From assembly GCA_051294905.1 (NCBI GenBank), contig CM119371.1:33730001-33794000 (forward strand): a stretch of 64,000 bases of DNA, in the 5' to 3' direction. Below the pieces are notes generated by a model. The model was given only the letters and a program-made list of their open reading frames with translations, ran no database searches and had not been told where the DNA came from. Source of the stretch: Botryllus schlosseri. Its lineage: Eukaryota. Of the stretch, positions 37,701 through 51,300 are shown piece by piece. Each line of letters begins with the position of its first letter. Positions within the stretch are counted from its first letter, which is position 1. A program made the position numbers and the translations under genes.

Positions 37701-39092
37701 GGCGTTAAATGTGCTGCATACTAACAATGCATTTTTGTGTTAGTCATGGATCCTGAGAAGATAATTAACCTTATATTGATGCCTTGCTCTTCTGAAGTGC
37801 CTACTAGCACTACACTCGAGTGGTTGGATTTTTACGCTTCTTCTACTCGTAATTGAGTATAAATTTATGACAGTAGCCCTATATCTAGTTGAGTAGCAGC
37901 TCTGACTGCTTTACAACTTTTGTTTATTTTCAGGCTCATCGAACTACAATGTGAAGGAGTTTGTGGTAACTGCCGAAAGATCAATGATATTCACCACGGA
38001 CTCCTTCTACGTTGCTTTGGCGTATCTGTTCGTCACATTCTATGTTTTCAACCTGGAACACCCGAGCGAACTGACAGCCACGTTGGAGTTTATGTAAAGG
38101 TAAGCTGAGTGAGAGTGAGACTATCAAATGTCAACCCATAATGGCAATGACTGATTATGTTTCTTCGCTCGGCTCAGCTGCTTTCGTTCACTGCTGGGCA
38201 GTGCAAAGGCACCTTTATTGGTGATCTCACAGCTGGCAACTGGGGCGCAAAATATTAATGAATCCGGTCCTAATGAAAAGCTAGTGTAACGGTGATTTCT
38301 TAAATAGAAATTAAAATGCGGTATGGGCACTAGAAATGCCTTAAAATCGCCCTGAAAAATCTGACATCTGCAATATTTTAAACAATCAGAGCTCTGCAAC
38401 ACATTGACAATAACAATTAACTATTGTGGTGCTCTGCTTGCTTATAACAATCACAATTTAACACGAAAATGTTAACATATGGGGTACTGGTAGCCCATAG
38501 TGAATAGGCTGGAGAACTTTGTTAATACAGCAATATAGTTTTGTCTGAAGCAAATTCGCTCTTGTTGATGGCCAGCCCCCAGTTATGTTATAAGATATAT
38601 TTCATATATTACAGAGTCTTCGCCGAGATTTCCGAAGTGTTCAAGAAAGAGAAAGACACTTAGAGTTCATCCAAAGGTGATGAAACTCACCAACCTCCTG
38701 CGGGAAACGGAATAAAACATGAAAATAAATGCTTTCATGCTGCAGCATTTGATTCAATTATTTCCATGGAGTTGTGCGTATTACCAGGGCGCGAAGTGTT
38801 AGAAAACCGCCATGCATATAGCATTAAGTCTATCCATACATTGATTGACACTAGATAGGGCTGTGAATTCAGTGCTAGCTTTACTAGTAATTTACTAGAA
38901 AGAGTAAAAATATTACTAATCTTTAGCATCAAGGTTACAAGAGTGAGTAGAAATGCTGCTTATCCTGAGTCCAGAAAATTTACTAAAGTTATAGTAAAAA
39001 AGTTACTAATTTTTAGTATGTAACGTTACCAGGGTAAGTAAAACTGCTGCCTCGCAATTAGGAGTAAATTTACTAAAATTTTTCTAACAGTG
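34746..39092 (+). mobile_element. Animal CACTA/EnSpm-type deletion derivative
   Basis: CACTGTTAGAAAAA termini, 2-bp TA TSD, AGTAAA/TTTACT subterminal repeats. Remnants of a C2H2-led ORF (35319-35815) and of a spliced SAMD3-like second ORF (TPFQRKAINQ..WPFLF..HYGILTG; YLFVTFYVFNLEHPSELTATLEFM). Confidence 0.8.
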
Positions 39093-40020
39093 TACTCCAA
39101 CTACCTCATTCCTTGAGTGACGAGAGCATACAAGCAATCATGATGCAACATACTTAATGCTCGATGTGATTGATAATTACATTTCTTCTGAAACATTATC
39201 CGCACATTTATACTATTCACATACCGAGATATCTTATTGGTTATATTTCAAACGCTCTCGCATTAGGCTGATAGATCAGGGAGTGGAGTAGATCTAGTTT
39301 GAAATTATCGCCACACTAACCCCAACCTAATACTGTACTAATAATCACGCAGATCGCTGCAGTATTGATCGCCTGCAGCTGGGATATTTTATGGGTGCTC
39401 CTGCTCCTATATTATAAAGTATTTTGCGAGTATTTACTTCAAACATGCACATGCGTCATGCCTATGTACCGGAAATGCGATGATATTCTTATGGAGCGGG
39501 GGCCGGATATAGGAAAATTAAGTACTTCGCGGGCTGGATTGCTGAATGGATAAATTATTCGCCCATGTATACAAAGAATAAATCGTATTTATCAGTGGCG
39601 GCTCGTGACAATATCGGGTGGTGGGGCAAGGGCTGCGAGCGACTTTTATCAAGATGACGTCACAATGGCGTTTTCCAACGTAAAAAAGTAACTTTATGAT
39701 GGTCACATGAATTTCCCGACAACAGTGATTTTAACGTAGGTGCCGCGAGAGGTTTGCCGGTGAGCCGTGACTTGAAGTGTGGTAACAAATGTTTTATTCA
39801 TTTATTTTTAATCAAAGGATTATTTTACAAAATGAACGTGAACTAAGAATCGCCCTATGCCACGAATCAAGTATCAGGTCATCCTTAGTAGCATGCGTTA
39901 TGATTTCATGGTAGAGTTAGAGATTACGCAAATCGATTGACCCTAATTTTTCTAAGCCCGTCCGAAAGTGTTTCGTACACGATCCTGGTGTGTTACGACC
40001 ACTGAGCTGGTGGTTACGAC

Positions 40021-40296
40021 CAGAGATGGGCGGATTCCAAAATTTCGGGATCCGAATCTATCCGGATCCGGCTTGCAATTGGAAATTCAGAGTCCAAAGA
40101 AATCCGGCTGGTGAATGTCCAGTTCGGAATCCGAAAAAATCCTGCCAGAACAATGCTAATTAATCATATCACAGCAAAAATAATCCGGCTAAAATCCGAC
40201 CGTCACCCCAAATTCAAAATCCGGATCCAGTCCGGCCAGGTAAAAAAAACATTGAAATCCTGCTCCGGCTCCAGAACCGGACTGTGGCCATCTCTG
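40021..40296. mobile_element. CAGAGATGG MITE with ATCCGG repeats
   Basis: Perfect TSD GTTACGAC. Confidence 0.85.
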
Positions 40297-40709
40297 GTTA
40301 CGACCAGGTGATAATAGGCAACCAAAGCGGAGGCACCCGGCGTACGATTGGATCAATAGACTGGACGTGGACAACTTCTAGACCTCTCATTTTCGCTCTA
40401 AAGGCAACTGCGTAAACTACGTACGCAGCAAAGATTCAATACGATTCATGTTCGCGCTTGACTTGACCTGACTAATTCCAATGACTAACTCGAGAGATTG
40501 CGTAAGCCTAACTGGAAAGGTCAACGAGTTCGGACACATACGCAATTGTTATCTCATAGATTGGGCCTGTCATATTGAATCCAGAACATCAATTTGAATG
40601 GTCTTTGAAGAACTAAGGACAGCAGCCTCGGAACTTCGGTCTCGGAACAACATAGGACATTTTGGCCTTGAAACTGGAGACTGTGACACAACACATACGG
40701 CTTACTGTC

Positions 40710-42563
40710 TATACGGCCGTAAACCAAACTTTACGCTGATTGGTCGAGAGACAATGGCCATGGATACGACGCAGCAACGGAGGACGCTGCATTTACTTCA
40801 ACATATAGTCGGCACTACGATGTATTCCTATAGCCGTGCAGACTGTATAAAAACGACAAGATTACAGTTAAATGTTTATTTCTTCATCAATAATGAAATT
40901 AGGAAAGGAAATAAAATATTTAATAACATATACTGAAATATAATGCCGAAAAACTACTGTGTTTATGAATGCAGTGCCACCAATGGCAATGAACTGGGGA
41001 AGAACAGATCTTTCCATTCATTTTCTTCCAACGCAAAGGACAGAAAGGCTTGGGAAGGCAGAGTATAAGAAGGCAGGACTATTTGTGGCATACATTTGGG
41101 CCTGAATTTGTTGCCAATAAGAGTGATTTACTTGTAATTATCTAGCAGCAGTCAAATAAAAACTACTTTCCTGTGATTTCTGCCCAAGTTCAAATTTCAT
41201 GAACTCATTGCATGTGCTGTTACGATACCTCAAGCACACCAGTGCAGATGAGGTCTGCTCAGCTAGAATCACTCTATCATGTGAAGCACCCAGATATCCA
41301 TATGGAAAAAGAACATGACCAATCTTTGCTACATTCACATGCGTGATGCTTAGTAGTCTTGAATGGCGCTTTCTTCGTGCAATAACCCCCACAATATTGA
41401 ATACCAGTTGATACTGTACTGTCATTGAAGTGATTTGAAAAGAGATGTTGCATATGGAGTACATGCTGTCTTGTTCCCCTCAAAGCAGTCCAAAATCCTA
41501 CCAAAATTGCTACTTGTGAGTCGAAGAGCCCAATGTATTTACCCCATTCTGCACATCCTCTCTGTTCTGATGTTCTGTGGGCTTAGGTAGCTAATCTGCA
41601 TATGACTGACTTCGTTGGCCTCTCACCCTAAGATTCAGGTGATGGATTTGAAGATTCCATTTCAAGGCTACACGATGGCGATTCTAGATCAGGATCACCA
41701 GATGACAATGTAAGATTTGCATGTGCAGCATCCACAACATTGCAGGAAGACAGTTGACACGGCATGGAGTTCAGGGTCCGCCTCTTTGCAATGCGCATAA
41801 TCTTCTGCTTCACCACGGAGATTGCGACTGGGAATCGCACCTCTCTTTAGACGTGACTGTATTGGTATATCTATAATGCACTAGCAGCAAAATCTTCCTT
41901 GCAAAATTGGTAGGAGCAAATTATTATTATTATTATTATTGTACACAACTGTGGTGCTTTTAGCCTGTTTAAGGCTTTGTGCTCCACGACATGACAGTAT
42001 TCGAACTGATCAATGCATTTATTCTTGTCTTTGACATTCTTTCCACTCTCTCATGCATCGGCTCGCGATTCATCGGCTCTTTAGCTGCCGACTTGTAGCT
42101 CGCCTCACTGTGATTTCTGGGCTTTTTAAGTCAGTGCAACTGCAGTGAGGTCGACGATGAGGAGTAAATGAAGCTTGTGGAAGTAGGCTTGAAATCCTGC
42201 CTTCTTACTCTGCATTCCCAAGCCTTCCTGACCTTTGCGTTGGAAGGAAATGAATGGAAAAATCTGTTCTTCCCCAGTTCATTGCCATTGGTGGCACTGC
42301 ATTCATAATCACAGTAGTATTTCGGCATTATATTTCAGTATATGTTATTAAATATTTTATTTCCTTTCCTATAATTTCATTATTGATGAAGAAATAAACA
42401 TTTAACTGTAATCTTGTCGTTTTTATACAGTCTACACGGCTATAGGAATACATCGTAGTGCCGACTACATGTTGAAGTAAATGCAGCGTCCTCCGTTGCT
42501 GCGTCGTATCCATGGCCATTGTCTCTCGACCAATCAGCGTAAAGTTTGGTTTACGGCCGTATA
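40710..42563 (-). mobile_element. THAP-containing foldback element (~370-bp TIRs), copy A
   Basis: 40710-41080 is inverted at ~42197-42563. ORF 42328 MPKYYCDYEC...FFHSFPSNAKVRKAWECRVRRQDFKPTSTSFI is a THAP N-terminus. No TSD longer than TA is visible. Confidence 0.8.
41922..42159 (-). mobile_element. Retroposed 3' fragment with (AAT)n tail interrupting the THAP ORF
   Basis: Flanked by ATTT(A/G)CTCCT duplication; same insertion in copy B (55586-56270); removal restores FICS..F.KEDF. Confidence 0.65.
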
Positions 42564-44962
42564 AGTCTGCTGCGAAATCGCCGTTGGAAAATATATTAAT
42601 CAATAAATACATGAATAAAAGCCGTAAACTTAGTATACTGTTACAAGAAATCATCGAGAAGTAGCATACGCAATCTCATAACCCATTCCGGTATGGTACA
42701 CTGTCAAAATCAATACAAACAGACGAACACCGAACTTTGACTAAAATAGATCGAGGAATAGGCTGATCGAATGATCAGCTGTTTGCCGACATCGAAAATG
42801 AAATAGCTATCGCATTTGACAGAAGATTGTAAGCAAATGGTTAGAAGGCCACAATTTCACAGTGAAATGGACATTGGCGAACATAAAATTATGTGAATAT
42901 TTGAATGCAAACCGAGAATCTTGGTTAGCTGTTTCATGCGATCATCGAGATATACCATTGGAAATATCATCACCGATCTCGTTATGGGAACGCAGACTAT
43001 AGATTAGCACAGACCGACACCGGCTTTTGCGTGAGATCCGCAATGACGTAGGTAGGCTAAGTATCAGATCAGCGCGCATCTCTACCATACTCGACCTCGA
43101 AAACGAAATAACTGCCTCAATCATTGAGTGTCAACTTTAAGACTTGGCACCGCGTTCGATACTAAAATCAAGACATACCGTGCAAAAGCTCATGACAGAT
43201 CTAGGTATGGAACATCGTTAAAATCAATAGAGACCAATAACGGCTTTTGCGTAAATTTGTTAGCGATAAATGAAGAGTCAGCTCTTACTCGACTTTGGAA
43301 ACGAAATTACCACCCACATAGTTCAGTGACAAACTTAAAACTTGTTACAGCGGTCGATACTAACACTTACCGTGCCAAATGTCATGACCGATCTCGGTAT
43401 AGAACATCGTCAAAATCAATGGAGACCAATACTGGCTTTTGAGTAAAATCTGTTTGCTGTACTATGTACAATTGTACATGATAGATCAGCACACACTGAA
43501 CTTCGGAAACGGAATTACTACCCTTATCTTTAAGTAGCAAGCCTGAAACTTGGAGCAGTGTTAAATACTACCTTCACGACATATCATACCAAGTTTCAAG
43601 AATTATCATGGTGCGAAACACAGTCAAAATCGACCTATACCAGCAAAGGTCGACTCAACGCATATTACGGTAACCGAGTTCAGATATAGATACGATTGTT
43701 ACATCACACCTTAGGGGCGACAGGCATATTTGCCCCGGTTGCTCGGCCATTTTACGAATAGGAGAGAGTAAATCACCGTTTCTTTATTGTGCGCGGCTTT
43801 GAGAGAATAGATAGTGAAAGCTTGTTATGAGCGCTACCGGGGCAAGCCCCGGCTAGGCATTCTCAAAGCGAAAACACAGAAGAGAATTCGATTTTCGCAG
43901 AGACTTCGCTATGTATGGGCCTTTGCAAGCGAAAGCACAAGAAGAACGCGGGTTTCGCTGTGATCTCGGTATGTATTGATTGCTGTGCGTCTATAAATGG
44001 TTAAATTGTTATTGAACAGAATTTTAGGTGGGGCAATGCCCCAGTTGCCCTATAGGACGAGCCGCCACTGGTATTTATTGTATGTATTTTATCGACAGCA
44101 ATGTCACTTCAAAGCCATTACTCGCCGATATTGAAAATACTATGTCGATTTGAAAACAGCATTGCCATACAGTCGCCGCCATGTCTGCTTCTCTCTGCTC
44201 AACTAACTCACAGCGCAATCCATAATTAAGATGTCAAAATGTTTGATAAGCCCCCTTACCCAAAATTTACCAAGATATCAATTCATTAGGGTTGAGTACA
44301 CCGTAAATGCCGATAATGCAAGCCTTCTCGCTTCGAAGAACTTACCCGTAAGCTCCGCTCTCGCACGCTGCGCAGTGCTCAGATCTATATAATAACATGC
44401 AGTCACTAAAATTTGACGTTTAGGCAAGTAGTGGGGAATCTCAGCAGACTGGGGCCGCGGGCCACATTATCATGTAAAACGGGAAACTGTGAGCGGGCCG
44501 GACAAAATCTCGTCGCGGGCCGTATGTTGCCAGTCCCTTTTGTGGACGGTCCTCGATGACAACCTGCTGACTATCTCATTTTGCTCGCGGAAGCTGTAGA
44601 GTAGAGAGATACACGGCACCTCACCACTGTGAACTAAACCTCACCAAAACAGATTCTGTGAAACTATTACCAGGAGTTAGATTCGCATCATGGCTAGTTT
44701 AAGCAATAACGACATCCGAAATATGAATAATATAGGTGCTAGAAAAGGTACTATACTTATGATATTGAAGTATTTGAAAGTATGGAATACGTATCAAGTA
44801 TGGTATGGAACAATGTTGGTATGGTATGGAAAATTGCAAGTATGGTATGGAGAGAGTAAGGCAAGTATGGAGTATGGAAAATTCTCGTTCCATACCATAT
44901 ACCATACCATGCCCTGAATGTGAGACGCCGTATAGCTACTTGGCGTCTGAATTTGTCTAGCG

Positions 44963-47900
44963 CAGCGCTTCTCAACCGGGGGTCCGCGAAGCAATTTCAG
45001 GGGGTCCGCGAGTCCTATAAATTTTTAGTATTGTTGATATTCTAATTTTTATTTTATTTTTTTGATTTAAGAAAGCATGAGGCAGTTTCGTACCACAACT
45101 GCTTAAACCTCATGACTCATATCATCATCATAATCGTCTGACATGAACTATCGTAGTGCGGAAATTCATTTTCATTGCCCATTTTCCATTATCCTGCTGA
45201 TACAAACATATTGCTGTTTGAGACGTTTTGTAGGGGTTTGTGGAAAAAAATAAAAATATGGAGATTGTAACGTCAATCAGGGTGACTTCGTAATGTCTGC
45301 AAAACCTTCTCGATTTGAAGTTGTCAGTCTCATCAAATTAGTGTACAGTCGTTTGAAATAAAAATTTCCGAAGTATATCCTTAATTTGTCCCAATGCAGG
45401 TATTGAAACCTCGCCACGAAATCCATTTTATCATGTGATATACATAACCACTATTTGAACAGCTTTTTAGAGGTACAGAACTTCAATATACAATTGAATA
45501 GTATATTCATATTGAAATGAACCCGAATATTTTCGGCTGACATCCGTCATAAATCGGACAATGATATACCTGCTCTTTCAGACCCAGCCCCCTCTATAGA
45601 GTGGGTGATTGTCTCTGCTCTTTCAGACCCAGCCCCCTCTATAGAGTGGGTGATTGTCTTCCGGCAATACCCGCGCCCATTCTATAGAGGGGCGACATGA
45701 AGTTCACGATTCGGACGGCCGTCGATTTCGGCTTAAGGTGCAAATGATCCTTTAACATTTTCTTGTAATAATGTTATCGTAATTTTCGATAATATAACTG
45801 TCACGGGGCATATTAAATGAATGCAACATAGCAAAGTCGCCGATAATAGTTGTCAATCAAGCTGAAATATATGATTGTGAACTCAAAATCAATAGTCAGA
45901 TTTCATTGATGAATAAACAATGTAGTATGGTCGCATTGCGTAATCTCGTACTAAAGAATACCGTATCGCTGTGTGTGAGTACCGACAAGACAGGAGCTTC
46001 AGGCAACATTCTAGCTAACGGTCTGCCGACCCTGTTGTGTCCCCGTGTGCTACAGAATACCGTTTTTCTTGAGTACCAGCAAGCTATGAGCTCCCGTTAT
46101 ATTCAAGTGAATGGTCCTGATGATCTTGCCCACAACCGTGTCGAACAAAACCACTTACTACAACCTACAGAAGTCAGAAGTGAACTGCTGCCGGAAGAAT
46201 TCACCAGACATGTGTGCGAACAAATGAATGTTTATGCGAAAAACAAACATACCAACAAAACATAGCAAGTGCGTTGACGATTATAATCAGGGAATGAACG
46301 GAGTTAATCGCACAGATAAAAACAATGCCTTACTACAGCTTTGAGCGTAGCTGTAAAAAATGGTGGAGGAAACTTTCTTTCACTTCTTCAGTCTAGCAAC
46401 CACTAATGCCTATATTTTGTATTTGGAATATGTTAGCCGATACGGATACATCATGGTCAAGTTGAGAGCCAAGCATATTGCACAGCCACCTCCAGCAGGT
46501 GCCAAAAGACTGCACCTGCCATATCTGTTACTACAGAGAGCGTACCAAACAGTTATGTGAAGGAGCATATTTCTCTTGATCGGGCGGCTTCTGAATCTTG
46601 ATGTCAATTCGTAATATTTGCCATCAATGTCACAGATGCAGAGGGTCTTCTTTTTTTCGTTCTCCTTTTATTGACTTCACCATGCTTGAAAATAAACATC
46701 ATTATGAGTACCGTACCATTGCCTATATACTCTGAGTAATTCATCACAATTTGACTGATATCAAAATTATAGGACATAGCTCATCTAGATACTAATAGTT
46801 AGATTACCTATCTAGTTGCTAAAAGCTAGATAATATTCAGGGGCTGGAGAACCCTGCTTGATGTTTGATGATATTCATGTTCTTGTGGTTAAGAAAGTAC
46901 CATGCTTTCCTGCTAGAACATTGGTATTCTAAACAAAATCCAAATGCAAATACACATTACACACTTTCCCTGATGCACTCCAGCGCGTTTCCTGCGCCTA
47001 TGTTACTTCTCAGGTACAAAACGAATGAGACTCGATTGACATCTGCCGTTATTTTTTCCAATACAATTACATGATTACAAGCAGTACCAAACATTTTATT
47101 TCAATAGATTTAATCTATAACCATACAAATAAATTAGCCAAAAGTACGTACTTACCGCAACTTATCCGGGGAATATTCACTCACCGCAATTCGACCTACA
47201 CAACATATCAACACAGCGGCACATCTACTTTTCCAAATTATTCCAAAATCATACAGCGTGAAGCGTCTTGATACACCCTAAACAGTGATGTGTCACATGC
47301 GTCGAATAACCAAAAACTCGCAAGTCTGTGAATCTTAGAATATGCGCAATCAAATGCAATTTTCCGGGAATTCGGGGTGTTCAGAGACAATGGCCTGGGA
47401 TTCAAAGAGAGCTCGGCTATCAGATTTGGCGCATTCTTATTGCGGATGCCCTATCGACAAGGCGGGTTTTTTGAAGAACAAGGAGTGTTTCGTTGCTATC
47501 AAAGCATTACGCTTCAACCCTGAAATTCATATCACAAGTTATATTGGTACGCAGCCTTGTCTTGTTAATGTTCAATTTTTCATGGTCGAAAATGTTTTCT
47601 CGTTTATATATATGTAAACCAGAACAGAAAAAGTAGTTCCATGAAAGTCTTTCTCAGGTGGGAAAACTTGGATCCATTCTTTGGCACATAAAATTTGTCT
47701 ATACTTTTAGATTAGGATTTAACTTCGACGGTAGAAACTTTCTGCGGGCCGATCAAAATACCGTCGCGGGCCGCGCTAGATGCTGGACGTGGTATGTTCA
47801 TAAAATAGATGTTTCTTCATTTTGGTGCCATAAATGTTGCGATCAAACCGAAAGTATCGTCGGAAGCGTTATGCGTTAGCATCCATCTATCTTTCCGGAA

Positions 47901-48224
47901 ATGGTTTTCGGCACTCCTCGTTCATATCAAACGAAGACGCGGATTTTCAAGACACGACCGCGTACTTCAAGAAATACAGCAGCAAAATTAGCGTTGAAAT
48001 AATCGAAGTCTACCAATTTCTACATAAATAGTAGCCTATGATGATATTTTCAAGAAAAGTCATTATTTTTCTGTTTATCACAAGCCTACAGTTCATATTT
48101 GCACAAGACAGATATGAAGGTTGCACCATAATAGAGCTAAAATTGAACTAAAACTTGAGGGGGTCCGCGAGAGTCCGTGACGGTCAAAAGGGGTCCGCGA
48201 AGCCAAAAAGGTTGAGAACCACTA
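44963..48224. mobile_element. hAT element carrying a ~1.9-kb insertion
   Basis: CAG(C/T)G(C/G)TTCTCAACC-type TIRs, GGGGTCCGCGA repeats, perfect TSD GTCTAGCG. Confidence 0.85.
46180..46430 (+). pseudogene. piggyBac transposase remnant
   Basis: ELLPEEFTRHVCEQMNVYA joined by deletion to DYNQGMNGVNRTD..YYSFERSCKKWWRKL/FFHFFSLATTNAYILY. Confidence 0.75.
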
Positions 48225-48385
48225 GTCTAGCGTATAGGAAACTATTTGAGGGTAGTAACGCTCACGAAGGATTGCTAAAGGGTCGAAGTTGGGAGCTTTA
48301 ACGCCGACAAACAAAAGATGTCTGCTACACTATGGTAGACGTCTTTCGATGCTTATGATTACCGAGTTTCCTTGCACTTGCAGCA

Positions 48386-51300
48386 ATGACAGCGATTGCT
48401 CTAGCTGAGGATTTGACACACCTCATTAGAATCATAACAGTTCAAGAACTTAATTGTGGTGGCGAAATCAGAACGTTCAAAACGTCAGAAAAGCTAGATG
48501 AGCATATCGAGGCGGTACACTGGGCTCATCGTGTACGTCACACTGTCGACAACGAAGTGCAAGGTGTGTAAAGATTTTACCCAAGTATAGCTATGTTGCA
48601 TTCCTCAGTGAAGAATCTCTACCTGATTGTGATTTAGGGGTAATTGACTGAGTGTTAAAAAGCTTGATATTATCATGGCTTGCGATTACTTGAAAACTGG
48701 AATTCATTTAAAATAAATTGATATTTAGAGGTACTACCCATCAAATATTAGTTAGCAAGACATGTCAGCGGAGTCATGAGTCAGAATAATTGAGTAATTT
48801 AACAGTAATTGAGTAATTTAACCTGGTACTTTCCAATTTTCGTGTGGACATAATTAAACTAGTTCATGTTACACATGATCGATTTGATTGGGGGAAATTT
48901 TTCCTTCAGAGTTTCTTCTATTCTAACATTATACACTATAATCCACTCTCAACTAATTGGCTATGCTGTTTTATGACCGTTACTGTAACGTTACGAAGCC
49001 TGATTGGGTGTGAAGACAAAGACTGTATATCAATTTTTGGGACCCTCAAGGACAAAAATTCCGGGGTCCAATGTGATCATTTAGATGCTGTAGAAAATGC
49101 ACGTCCATGTGCAAACATTGATTTAGATGAAAAGGTTTTGAACACCCTTGTTGAAATGAAGCTAATATCAAGCGTAACTAGTGAAAAATGCAGCAATGAA
49201 AGAATGAGGAGTGTGCAATGTAATGCTCCACTCGTGGTGCATGCAAATTTTTAAGCATTCAATATTTCGAAGAAATACAAGTATTATTCTATCTTCACTG
49301 GCCAGAATACATACTATAGTCCTAGTGAAAGAGTGCGGGTGACAGTTGACGTTGACAGAGGCTCATGGTCATGTCTTTGCTCATGGAAAACTGGAACATG
49401 CTTGCACATCACACTGGCGAAATGGTATGTGTTCCAGACTGAACCAGAGCTCATATCATGTATGTCGAGGTAATCTTCATTGCATGACTTTCAAACATTC
49501 CATAATTAGGTTCTTAATATTTGATTTACAGTACTCAACCTCCTACTGATGACATGCAATTGAATATGAAGTATTTTCTCGAGCATAAACTGATTCCAGA
49601 AAAGATACCTAATGAATATTTGAAGGAAGGAATAATTTCAGAATTGACGCCAGAAGAAACTGTTTGCGCAAGGTGTGCTGGAGTCCTTGAAGTGAGCGGA
49701 ATGCGAAAAGCTCAGATTTAGATGTGGAAAGGTAATTAATTTTATTTTACATTTCTGTATTTCTATATGCTATTCAATTGTATATTGAAGCTCTGTAGCT
49801 CCATGAAGCTCTTTAAACATTGCTTTAATTAAGGTGCAATATAGCTTAAGTTAAACTAATGAGGTTATTTCATTCTGTTCTCAATCCGATCAATTTTAGG
49901 AGTCTGTATCAAGGAAAAGTCTTGCAATTCGTGTGGCTGGCAGGCTCGATTCCAGAATTATAAGTCTGGTGTGCATAATTTTGACGGTCATATATTACTG
50001 ACGCTGCGACTATGTATGCACTTGAAGAATAGAATAGCACTAGCTAAAAACATTGGGTATTTCAGGCATTTTCTTTGCAATATGGATCCGGTAAATTTCA
50101 TATTTCTGTCGAGAGTTTCCATGCATCTTCAAAATATGAAGATCAATGTAAGATATATGAAAAAGACCAAGAGACATTTCTCCAAGAGACATTTTTCCAA
50201 GTCTGTTGTCCTCGCAGATGATGGCCGTGCAACACTGGCTATGAAAGGTAGAGCTGCAAATTTCATCTGTGACTTTGTTTTATCATGAAGTCTAATTTTG
50301 ATTTTTCAGTATATTTAATATGGAGTTGTTACTCACAGATGATGGACCAGTTGGAAAACCGCCCGGCAATGTTGCTACTAGCTCTTTTTGCGACCGGTCT
50401 GCCAATTCTGCAATGGTGTCATGAACTGATAAAAAAGACACTATTCCTCCCACTGTCACCGACCATGTACAAGCATCAAGTGGTAGTAATGTTCCCACTC
50501 GTCTCATTATTGCTACTGTGACTGTTCCGTCGCATGTTGGTTCTGTTACCAATTCCATATATGTTGATTCATGCTATGACAAATTGTCTCAGCCGAAAAC
50601 GGAATCTTGCTCCATCGTTGCAAGAGATGCATTTGAAAATTCCGTGGACGAAAATGCCACAAAATGCAAAGATGTCCAGACACTTCCATTCAAATTCACA
50701 GATATGTTTCATTATATTTCATGTTGGTGATTGTTATTGTACTGATGACAATACTCTTTCAGAAATAAATTCACTTTTTACGTCGGCACATAAAGCAAAT
50801 AGGATTGAAGCTGTCGTGAATCGGCTACCTTTATTCACACATGACCTGCTGCTTTTGAATGGATGTAGCTGGCTAGATGATAAGGTCATTTGCTCTGCTG
50901 TCATTTTTATGAAGACTAATTAATCTTGTTCATCTCCTAAATTTCAGTTGATGGATTGTATTATTTTTGCCCTCAATGAAAAAGTAAGTCATTGCCAAGT
51001 TTTTTGTTTGCTGAAAACTATTTAAAGCTTGTAATTTCAGTCGAAGGTCATACGATGGTTGTTGTTTCCTGTCTGCTAGCTACTGATTGGTTTGTTGGTG
51101 GGAAATTTGCCTCTGGCAAGAAGAAAACAGTATGTGTCATAGTAACAAGACATTTCAATATTCTCTAATATAGTGATTCACTCTAGAAAGAAGCAGCTAC
51201 AAAATCTTTTGTAGCGCCACTTAATGTTCGTTGTGGCAGAACTGGTGCGGGCAGGGGCAACCATTGGATTCTTTTGGTAAGCATGTTCCATACCTGACAG

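Larger units (their letters stand above)
39593..44070. mobile_element. hAT non-autonomous element with nested inserts
   Basis: TIR CAGTGGCGGCTCGT; perfect TSD GTATTTAT. Confidence 0.9.
29759..44916 (+). mobile_element. Left-truncated copy of the CAGGGCATGGTATGG family, split by further insertions
   Basis: Segments 29759-29787, 33425-33559, 39095-39592 and 44079-44916 are colinear with 30062-32141; ends CCATACCATGCCCTG. Confidence 0.8.

Noticed and set aside
40598..40936. Duplicated 'YGRKPNFTLIGRETMAMD' ORFs (also 42328-42654)
   Set aside because: Translations of the TIR of the foldback element.
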